A DNA stretch of 64,000 nt from Vitrella brassicaformis CCMP3155 (lineage: Eukaryota > Protista > Chromerida), in the NCBI GenBank assembly GCA_001179505.1, contig CDMY01000445.1, positions 11,521-75,520 on the forward strand. The letters are read 5' to 3'. A program made the position numbers and the translations under genes. Below the pieces are notes generated by a model, which had not been told where the DNA came from, did not search any database, and saw only the letters and a list, made by a program, of their open reading frames with translations. This document shows, in pieces, positions 29,751 to 45,692 of this stretch (the stretch's first letter is position 1; every line of letters begins with the position of its first letter).

Positions 29751-30386
29751 ATGGAAACAAGGCCGATCTCGGGAGGCGTTCGAGCCAGAGGGGCGGGCCA
29801 TCGGTGGAATCGTCTGCTCTGCTGCCAAAGGTGCGCACAGCACATGCACATGAGTGTATGTTGATCTCTCTGTTCCATGTGTGTTCGGTTGTGTGTGATG
29901 CACCCACAACACAGGCGACAGGCATCCATTGTGTTGTTGATCAGGTTGGCCGAGTTGACCGTCCAGCAGCCACCCCATTCATCCCAGCCTCCCTCGTCCA
30001 GCAGCTCAGCTGCCCCTCCCCCACAGCAGCCACAGCCACACCCACAGCCACACCAGCCACACCAGCCACACCAGCCACAGCAGCCACATGGCGGCAGTGG
30101 TGACGACACGGCTGGCGAGTGTGTGATCTGTTTCGGCGAGCACGGCGCTGCGTCGATCCTGTATGTGCCGTGCAAGCACCTGTGTGTGTGCGGCCACTGC
30201 TATGCCGATCGCCGGCGGCGCCACGAGGCTCGGGTGAGGCGCATTCGGCGGCACAACGCCCGAGCTGAGAGCGAGGCCGACAAGCGGCCCATCCCCAAGT
30301 TCGAGTGTGAGATCTGCCGCGAGCAGGTCGGCTTCGCCGGCACTCAGGCAGAGGTCCTCCAGTGGAGCGGACAACCATTCACTTAG
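29751..30386 (+). CDS. Small RING-HC (C3HC4_3-type) E3 ligase-like protein with a Gln/Pro/His linker; two exons; start uncertain
   Basis: CVICFGEHGAASILYVPCKHLCVCGHC...CEICRE. The intron 29831-29944 joins ATG 29751 in frame with the RING exon. PHQPHQPHQ repeat; stop TAG at 30384-30386. Confidence 0.75.
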
Positions 30387-31354
30387 ACAGACACCACTCT
30401 TGACGAGTGAGTTGTGAAGGTTTTTGTACCATCATGGAGCTAGATGGTGTGCACGTTTTTTACGCACCAAGTGTGCTCTTTGTGTGTGCATGGGAAAGAC
30501 TGTGGAAGGCAGCGTGGTCGTCTAGGAGATGTGTATGTATTGTAGTGTACCATTCAGGTTTTGCACTGGCCCGTTTGTCGCATGGCAGGTCTGTCTGTCT
30601 GTCTGTCTGCAGCGGCATTCATTGTGGGGGGTTGTGGAAGGAAGGGAGAGACAACAGGACGACACTAGGTAGGTATGTACGCGACGTGAAGGCATCTATC
30701 AGTCAGCGCATATCAGTAACACGTAGTGTCATTGACACATTGAAATCGGCATGAATGAATCCGGGCATGAATCCGATCACCATGCACACCACACCGGCAA
30801 GAGCCAAGAGCCGGTCATCAGAAACACCATCATGAGACATCAGTTGCCAATGAGTGAATGTCGTGAGTCCGAATGACGATTCTGTGAGATCAGACACCCA
30901 TGCATCCATCGGTGTCCATTGCAGCACCGTACACCCACCCACGACGCACACCGACATGCAATGGCCGGCATGACATGACATGACGCAGAGGGGGGCATGG
31001 CATGCAGATGACCGGCACCCACCCACATGACTGACGGAACGAAAGAAAAGAGGCACTCACGTGTAGGCAGGCTATGGACAGACAGGCAGGGCACGCAAGT
31101 AGAAAACTCTGGACATTGTCATTATATGCCGAGAAACAAACACCAGGTGAATTCAACGAAATGGGCCACACACGTGTGTACGACAAAATGTGTTGGGTGG
31201 GAGGGAGGAAAACCTCACTGGAGCGGACATCCCCAGGGAGGGCAAAAACTTGCATCTCCGATGATGCCACTCATTCACTCACTCCTCTCACTGCGACACT
31301 CAAAAGCCATCTAAAGAGGCCCATCCCACCCCTCGACGTCGTCTCTCCTCTCTC

Positions 31355-31420
31355 CTACAGGCCCTCTACTCTAACACTCTGTCTTGTCTACAGGCCCTCT
31401 ACTCTAACACTCTGTCTTGT
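31355..31420. repeat. 33-bp perfect tandem duplication
   Basis: ctacaggccctctactctaacactctgtcttgt x2. Confidence 0.9.
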
Positions 31421-31614
31421 CTGTCTGCTATGTGACCATCATGTCTGTCTATGCTATGGTATGCTATTACCCAAGGCAGAAACTTGCAGCAGGCGTCTCG
31501 TCATCGACTCGTGGCCACCCGCTCCCTCACATGCGCCTTCTCAGCCTCTGCACAGCACAACCAAGACACACATCACATCACATCCCACAGACCAAACCAT
31601 ACATACCACATCCC

Positions 31615-32988
31615 CTAGTGTCTCTCTTCTCCCTCGCCCAGGTTGCCCTGTGTGCGTACCCATTCCTGTCCCCACTTTTGTTCCCAGTCGCTGTTGCCCT
31701 GCTCCCAGTTGTTGCCGTCCTGGCCCGCGCCCCAGTCCTGCTCACCGCCCCAGTTGTGCTTGGGGTCGCCGTCCGGCCCCCCGGCGTGCACGGGGTCGGG
31801 GTTCGCCTGGCCCGGCTGCTGCTGGAACTGCGTGCAGTCGCCTTCCAGAGCCGCTGGCTCACCCGCATCGGCAAACTTGAGCGCCTCAGAGTTGGCGCTG
31901 CACGCACGGCTGAAGTCAACACACGCGCAGAGCAGACACGCCAGGACGGAGGACGCGTCAAAAGGAAAGGGGCGTGGGCTGTGCAGCGTTGCTGGCTTTA
32001 AAGGAGCTCACCGCGTTGCTTCGCCCTGCATGCTGTTCTGTTCGATGCAGAACCTGAAGGCGACGTCAGCGGCGGTTGGCTGGTTGACAATGTAGTATCG
32101 GCTGTGGATGGTGGCGTTGGCGAAGTCGCTCATGTCCTTGGGCCACGCGCTGGGGTAGCCCTCCTTTGCGAAATCGTAATACATGCCGGCGTCAGTAATG
32201 TTGGCCTCCTGATGGACCACAGAAACAACAGACAGCACAATGATCAATCAGCCGACACTCATGGTGGTAGCGTCATGGCCAGGCATCCGTGTGCCCACGT
32301 GGTCGTAAAGGACGAGCTCATCGCCCTCCTGCTCTGACATGACGGCTTCTGGCAGCCCCTCGTAGGTCTCCCATCCGCTGAACTCGGCGCCTGGCTTGAC
32401 GGCCACGACGGTCGCGCGCAGGAAGAGCGGGAAGTAGTCCTCGGCGCGGTGGCCGCAGAAGTCCCACTGCTTCTTGGCATTGCTCACCAGGCAACCTGGC
32501 AAGCAACATGACGCAACCACTCACTCACGTGTGATGCGAATCGGACGCGGTGCTGGGTGTGTCGTGCCCACCAAAGTTGGAGCACTTCTGGTTGTCCGCG
32601 GAGAGCACGTCGACCCCCATCCTCGTGAACTCTGCACCACCACAAGAGACAGAAAGAGCCGCCAGGCTCAGTCAGCCAGCGCCGTTAGACCACCCCTCCC
32701 TGCCTCCCTCGCTCCTCTGGTTGTGCGTCATATCATCTTACGGTCAGCCATCTCCCACTCGACGGCTGAGCTGGCCTGGAACCACAGGGAATAGTCCCCC
32801 TGATCCACCACCAGGTAGTCCACCTTGGCCTTAGTCGTGTCTGTGGTGTCCGCGGCGTCGTCAGCCATAGTCACGTCGTCAGCCACAGTGGTGTTGGTGT
32901 CCCCGGGAGCCTCCGTCACCGGCCCCTGTGCGTATGCGATGGCCACCAGGGCGGCCGCCAGCTGGAGGACGTGCACAAGCCTGCCCAT
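31615..32988 (-). CDS. Predicted secreted protein of unknown function: signal peptide, Thr/Asp-rich linker, Cys-containing globular domain and Trp/Gln/Gly/Asn-rich tail; 3' end uncertain
   Basis: MGRLVHVLQLAAALVAIAYA|QG signal peptide. Four GT-AG introns join in frame, with GC3-rich codons. Tail reads KHNWGGEQDWGAGQDGNNWEQGNSDWEQKWGQEW. Confidence 0.7.
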
Positions 32989-33348
32989 GGCGGTGGTGCC
33001 TGTCAGGGGTGGGAGGGACTGCGGAGGGGTGGGGGGCCGGGGGGCGGCGACAGCGATGGGGTAGACAAGTAAAGACGAACAAGGAGGGCAGGCCGCAAGA
33101 CTATCCGGCAGAACGGCAGAAATGCCGTTGCAAGAAACTGGCCGGCCAGTTCGCAGCCGTTGGGGATCGGCGGCCAAATTTTTCTCTCGGTGACAAGTGG
33201 CAACCAGCGACAACATTCTCACCCACCCACCCACCCACGCACGGCCAGTACCAAAACAAGAGTGACAATGCGTGGAATTTACTTGTGTCATTGCAGTCAC
33301 GCGGACACGGAGAAAGAGAAAAGACTGTAGCACCACAGCACAGCCGCC

Positions 33349-34332
33349 ATGGCCATCGGCATCAGGAGATCCTAGCCGTGTTGAGCATCCAGCCAGGAGT
33401 TCCGCTGGCTGAGGCGCCGCGCCGCTGGAGGAAGTTGTCGTTGGTATGCAGCCCGCACCGTACCATGGGAGCCGCACTGCAATGCTAGGGGGGCTGCAGG
33501 CATCGCGAGGATATATGCACTCACTTGTCGCGTCTGTCGTCTTGTTGTGTCTGCAGAAATACCACCCGGACAAAGGCGGCGACGTAGAGAAGATGAAGGA
33601 GATCAACGAGGCCTACCAGGCCATCATTGCCGAGTTTGAGAGCGGACAGCACGGCAACACGGATGACACCGAGGTCGGCAGCCAACCACGACACAGATAC
33701 ACATCCTACCCTGCCCACCTCTCTGTCGTTGTGTGTTCTTGTGTGTACGTATCTGATGGGTGGGTGCATCGCATCAGTTGAGGGCAGCGCGGGACGAGGT
33801 GAGCACCACCCACCCACCCACACGACTAACCGACATCCAGACCAGACAGCCCACCCCCACGCTCTCTGCACTCATCCCTCTCTTCCCTGGTCTTTGTGTG
33901 TCCCGCGACCGACAGTGTGACGAGCATCTTCGCGAGTACTGGCGGTGGCGGGAGGAGATGAGGAGGCTGGAGGGGGAGTGGAAGAGGAAGGTGGACCATG
34001 CTGCGGCGTTGGTCGCCGAGGTGGGGCATCGGCTGGCCATCGACACCACCACCACCGCACACACCACCACCGCGCCCACCGCCAACCCCAGCAGCACACA
34101 CCCCACCACCACAACCAATACCGTGCAAGAGGGCCCCATCATCGAGGGGGAGGAAGGAGGCCGCCATCGGCGGGACGGGCTGCTGCAGCTGCAGCTGGGG
34201 GTGCTGGGGGTTCTTCAAGATCCTCCGCAGCCCCTTCGGCTGCTGCTGCCCCACCACAGCCCACTGATGGGCTGTTGCTGGCGGGGGCGTGTTGTTAGGC
34301 GCGAGCCCCCAGCAGCAGCCCATCAGAACTGA
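33349..34332 (+). pseudogene. J-domain (DnaJ) protein paralog, probably degenerate (ATG out of frame with helix I; tail frameshifted)
   Basis: RHQEILAVLSIQPGVPLAEAPRRWRKLSL|KYHPDKGGDVEKMKEINEAYQAI. ATG 33349 reads into TAG in its own frame. An extra 4 nt near 34153-34158, relative to the 54-kb paralog, shifts the Cys-rich tail out of frame. Confidence 0.6.
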
Positions 34333-34964
34333 CTAGATGGTACAGACCACACACAGAGAGTCGCCACCTGATAGACAGCCCATTTTCTGTAGCCGCTGAT
34401 GGATTCATTGACCGCATCGACATACATCCGTTAATGCAGTGCAGACACACAGTGTGTGACGGGTCGGCGGAGGGGGGAGGGAGGGAGGGAGCGGATTGCT
34501 GAGTGTGTACTCTTATTTGTGCATTTATGGGGTGGATTGCGCGTGACTGGGGATATAAAGAGCTCACATAAGAGTTCGTGTTTCATCTCATCCACTGGCG
34601 CATGTGTCTCTCTACCGTTGGATATGCACACAACTCACTCATTGACGCATCCATCCATCCATCCACACACACAGCCACGCATCAAAAATCATGCAACACA
34701 ACATGCACACCGCAAGCAAGCATAGTAGGGAGGTCGGTCAGCCCAGCAGCAACGTGCTCTCAAAACTGCACACACAGCCACTCCCAGCCCTCCTCTTGAT
34801 TGATGTGTGCACGGCACGTATGCGCGCCCCTCCGTCAGCGACGGACCAGGCGCTCTTTGTCTGCCCACCCATCCATCCACGACTGACACACACACACTCT
34901 CATTGTACACACCCACCGCGTACCCCCCACCGACGCGATGCGCGAAACGCTGCGCACGTCCACC

Positions 34965-35264
34965 NNNNNNNNNNNNNNNNNNNNNNNNNNNNNNNNNNNN
35001 NNNNNNNNNNNNNNNNNNNNNNNNNNNNNNNNNNNNNNNNNNNNNNNNNNNNNNNNNNNNNNNNNNNNNNNNNNNNNNNNNNNNNNNNNNNNNNNNNNNN
35101 NNNNNNNNNNNNNNNNNNNNNNNNNNNNNNNNNNNNNNNNNNNNNNNNNNNNNNNNNNNNNNNNNNNNNNNNNNNNNNNNNNNNNNNNNNNNNNNNNNNN
35201 NNNNNNNNNNNNNNNNNNNNNNNNNNNNNNNNNNNNNNNNNNNNNNNNNNNNNNNNNNNNNNNN
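34965..35264. other. Assembly gap (300 N)
   Basis: Run of N. Confidence 1.
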
Positions 35265-35301
35265 GCCCCTACATGTCTGTCACACACATATGGTGTGTCC
35301 A

Positions 35302-38300
35302 TCACTTGGTAGAGCCGACCATCTCCTGCGTCAGCTCGTCAGCGGGTTTTTCCCCCGACCGGTGGCCATCCACACCCCAGTCCTCCAGCTTGCCGTGATC
35401 CTCAACAGATGTCGGAGTCGGCGGCGCAGCAGACTCGGCCACCACCTCGCGAGACGGCTCGTGGTCGCTGACCACACCCTCGGTGTGGGTGGTGTCGTGG
35501 CGGCGCTCGCGACGCTCGGCGGCCTCCTCTTCTTGGTCCTCGGAGGCCTGTTGTTCCTCCTTGGTGTGTTCATGCACCACCTGGCGCATCCACATCTGGC
35601 GGAAGCGGGAGTTGGAGTTGCTCAGCAGCGCTGAGGGCCGACCCTCCTCCACCACACGACCGTTTTCCACAACTGCCGTGGGCACGGACAAAAGATATAT
35701 AGATAGATCCATAGAATGAGTGGGTGGCGTGTGCCCGTACGTACGTACCGATGATCCTGTCTGCTCGCGTGACGGATGACAGCCTGTGGGCGATGGTGAG
35801 GGAGGTGCGGCCCTCGGCCACCTGTTGGGGGCAGGGCAGCCAACACACAGACAGAAGGGAGGGAGGGACACACACACATGTACTCAATCAATCAATCGGC
35901 ATACATACAGCTGAGCTGCCCTTTCTCGTCTGTGCGCTGCGCTGCGCCATCCATACGTACGTTCATGAGCGAGTCGACGATCTCCCTCTCCGTGAAGGCG
36001 TCCATGGCCGACGTCACCTCGTCACACAAAAGGATCGGCGGGTCCTTCAGAATCGCTCGAGCTATCGTGATGCGCTGCATGCACCACACAAACATACATC
36101 AGAATGAACTCTCGAAGTCCACTGAGCTTCACTCACTCAGCCCACTGACTAACTGACCTGTTTCTCTCCGCCTGAGAGGGATGCGCCCCTCTGTCCGATG
36201 GTTGTGTTGAGGCCGTCGGGCAGCTTCTCGAGGGTGCGGGAGAGACCCGCCTGGATGGCAGACTCATACACCTGCCAGGCCACCACAAGGGAGGGAGGGA
36301 CACACAGGCCAGGCACGGGCGGCTCGTTCGTTTGTTCCGAACCGCGGGAATGAGTGCTGTGTTTGCCCTCTTACCTTCTCGTCATCGGCCTTCAGGTCGC
36401 CATAGAGGATGTTGTTGTAGATGCTCTCCGCAAACACCTGCGTGGCATGGCATGCAGTTTGTCAGAGTCCGACAGCAAGATCGCGCCCGCCCTCGGGTCT
36501 CTGTCTGTCAACCTGCCTGAGCATTTGTGTGTTGGGTGGGGTGGGGTGGGGTGGGGTGGGTACCTACCTGAGGCTCCTGCGGGACGACGCCGATGTTTTC
36601 CCTCAGCGACGACAGCTGGATGTCCCGCACATCCTGCCCGTTGATCAGCACCCGCCCCGCAGTGGGCTCGTAAAGCCGCGTCAGGAGCTTCAGCAGCGTG
36701 CTCTTGCCGCCCCCAGACCCGCCCACTATCGCCACCTTCTCGCCCTCCCGGATCTTGAGGCTCAAATTGTTGACGATCGTCCGGGTGCTGTTGGGGTAGG
36801 TGAAGGACACGTTGTCGAACTCGATGCTGGCGCCCTTCTTCCTTCGCGGCGATGTGAATGAGAGGGGGTCCTCGTGCGGCCGGCTGATGAGCAGGGGGAG
36901 GGCGTCGGGGCGGTCTGCCACTGCTGGCTCGGAGTTGAGGAGTCTGAACATGTAGTTGAGGTCCACAGACCCTTGCAGCAGACCCTGTGTTGTGTTGTGT
37001 GCACACACACACAGCCAGATGGGGTGTGAGCTGAGCTGAGAGGTTTACCGATGGGAGCGTGTGTTTATGTGTGTGTGTGTGTGTGTGTGTGTACCTGTAG
37101 TAGCCATCCGATGAACCCGAAAGGCTGTATGACTTGTGAGAGGATGGAGTGGAAGGCAACGAAGCCGCCCACACTCATGGCACCAGTTGTCACCTGGTAG
37201 GCGCCTCGCCACAACAGGCTGGTCAAACCTGACAGACACAATAGATAGACAACCGACAAGACACACAAAACACACACTGATGAATTAATTGGCCATACGC
37301 TCATCTGAGGTGGTTGGGAGGGGAGGGTGGGATTGTTCGTTGGCCTCACTCACCGACAGCAATGATGATCTGCTGGCCCAGGTTGAGCAGATTCAACGAT
37401 AGCATGGACCTGATTGATGTGACACACACGGACATTCCCTCCCTCCCTCCCAGTCAGTCTGCCACACACATAATCCAACACGTTCTCACTTGATCTGCAT
37501 GCGTCTGAGTCTCTTGAGTATGGCGTCGAACCGCTGCTCCTCGTGCTTGGCGTTGTCGAACAGCCGGATCATCTCGTGGTTGCTGAGGGCCTCCACAAAG
37601 TACGACCCCCGCTCGTTCTCCAGCTCGTTGACCGACCGCCGCAGCTTGATGCGCCACAGGGCCATGGCCTGCGTGTACACCAGGTACACACCCAGCATCA
37701 CCAGCGTCGCCCCAACCACGTCGCGACCGCAACTCCTGGCCAGCCACCAACACGTCAATACCACCTGACACATATGTCAGACAGCCAGGAAGGAAATGCT
37801 GCAGCGATGGGGTGAGTCGTTGCTGTCTGGCCAACCGACTGACTGACCTCAAAGAAGGTCGGGAGCAGCCACACGACAGTGTTGTTGAGGACGTTGTCGA
37901 AGCCGTCATCGGCCCTCTCGTACTCGGTTGTCAGTCGGCCGATGGGCGTCCTCACGTAGAAGGACGACTCCAGCTGGAGCAACCGCGAGAAGACCGCCCT
38001 CGAGAACCGCCTGGAGCCCGATGTCTGGACGAGGTTGAAAGTGACGGCCTTGATTTCGTTGCATAGGCTCGACAGCAGCTTGGCTGTGCCGAAGCCCATC
38101 AGCAGGGCGGACGGGACCACCATCGGGCCCCTCTTGGTCGCCGACATCCTGCATACCGACAGAGAGAGAGAGAAGGAGAGTGCAAGAGTGGCGTGTTGTG
38201 TTGTGACTGAGTGGTGCACGTGGCTTGTGTGATGCTTACTGATCGATGGCCCTCGAGAGCAGGATGGGCACCTGCAGTGCCAGCACCTTGGAGGCGACGA

Positions 38301-38802
38301 CGGCCGCCATGCTGATCAGAATGAGCAGCGGGTTCCACTTGACGCCCTCCCCCGATGTAATGTAGCTCAACAGACGGCGGCAGAAGAGCCCCGCAGCGCC
38401 GTACTGCTCGGCGACGGAGTCCACAAAGGACCGAACAGACCGGACGGGGTCGAATGCCCTCCTCCTCTCATCGCCCACGAGAGCACCATCGGCCGGTGCG
38501 TCGGCCGACACCGCTGCTGTGCATAAAGGCCCTCCGTCGCTCTGCCGCCTCCTGGTGCCGAACAGGTCGCCATTCTCATAGACAGGAGCCCTTCGGGCGT
38601 CTCGATGCGGCCTAGATCTTCTCGTCTGCGGCCGTGGCCTCAAGATGGGGAGGAAGGCGGGCTCGCTTGGCGGTGATGCAGCCCTTGTGCGCAATGGGGA
38701 TCTGCGGTCTGTCCGCCTCAGCGGCTCGACGGTTCTTGTTGAAATGACTGCATCTGCCTGCCCAACGAAGGGCAGCACAGCCACACTTGCCAGCAGCTTC
38801 AT
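35302..38802 (-). CDS. ABCB half transporter of the ATM1/HMT1 type with a long N-terminal leader; multi-exon
   Basis: TMD: [77 protein letters not shown]: [69 protein letters not shown]. Stop at 35302-35304. Confidence 0.92.
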
Positions 38803-38827
38803 ATTTGCACCGCAACCCGCGACGTTT

Positions 38828-38856
38828 TGCGAGCTCAGCACCAGACTGCGAGCTTA
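38828..38856. promoter_or_regulatory. Two copies of the candidate promoter element (TGCGAGCTCA at 38828-38837, TGCGAGCTTA at 38847-38856) between the ABCB gene and CDPK7
   Basis: Read directly in the 219-bp divergent gap. Confidence 0.5.
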
Positions 38857-39021
38857 GCTGCACACGGGACACACACAGGTGCTCTCTTTCACTTGGCGAC
38901 TGCCTTGAGAATGGCCGGCGGCGCCACTCAAGAATCTTTTATCAAGCGTACGAGCTTGTCGAGAGCCGTGTATGCAGCAACCACGATGGCGGACGTGATT
39001 TGACGAGCACAGTTGCGATTG

Positions 39022-44477
<5,456 letters not shown>

Positions 44478-45692
44478 CCGGCCGGCCGGCTTGGTTGCTG
44501 GTCTGCTGGGCGGCTGTGGTTTGTTGTGGCTTCCTCCCTTGATTGATTGATTGCTTCCTTGCTTGAGTGGTCTCTGGTCGGTGCACCGTCGATTTTTCGG
44601 CTGTTGTCTTGCCTCTTTGCCTCTTCCCTCCCAGTTGCGTTGCTCTTTCTGGCTTCCCTTGCTGCCTCCCATTGCTTGCGTCGCGGCCGTTGTGCGGCCG
44701 GGTGGGATGGATGGATGGCACAAGTTTTGGCTTTTCAAGGACGGTCGGTGGTCGGTCGGTCGGTCGGTGTACCCCTTCGTGTTGCCCTCCCTCCCTGCAT
44801 GTGTGATGAGAGAGTGTGTGTGTGTGTGGCGTGTATAGCTAGTCCAATGACGACCAGTGACGTGTGTGCCGATGGGCACCTGCCTCTGCTCCTTCCTTCC
44901 TCTCTCTCCTCTCCTCCCCTCCCCTCTCCCCTCCCCTGTCTGCCAGTCGCCGACACCCTTTCGCCTTTTCCCTGTTTGGACACTCTTTCACCTGTTTCCT
45001 GCCTGCCACGTTGCGTGTTACGTGTGTGAGACACTTACTTGTCACATCGACCTTCACTTATTCTCTTGTTCGTTCGTTCGTGCCCTCCCCGATCGACTCA
45101 TTCTCTAACAGCCGCGACTCAACCAACCGTCAAAGCAGCCCAGCCCCATCGGCAGGCAACACACGAGCGACTGCCGCCCAGCCCGGCCCAGCCCATCCCA
45201 AGATTACGCCCACCCACCCATCTCTGCTGTTTGCGGATGGATGGTGGATGTGGCGGACCTGCTTGTGAGGGCTGCCTGCAGTGAGTGCATGGTAATCACA
45301 GAGAGGCGAGTGCGAGAGATGCGAACCGAACTCAAACGTACGTTCGTGAATGGATGTCTTTGTATAAACACACGCACATGGTCATCTACACACATGCACA
45401 AAACTGACTGCCGCCCATTTTTCTCCGTCCCTCCCTCCCTCCCCCGACCGCGGTGTCAGCCAGCCAGAAGCACCCGTCCGTCACACACTGTGTGTCTGCT
45501 CTGCACATGAATGTATGTATGTATGTCTACGATAGCGGTCGATGAATCCATCTGCGTGTGCATGGAATGACTGTGAGGAGAGACACATGCAAGCCCTCGC
45601 CTTGCAGTCATTCCATGGCATGCACACCACAGATGCTTGCGTGTGCAAGGGCTGTTGGTTGTACAGACAGATGCATTGCAAGCACCCATCGA

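Noticed and set aside
34691-35634. ORFs spanning the N gaps (also 50404-51280)
   Set aside because: They are artefacts of N translating as X.
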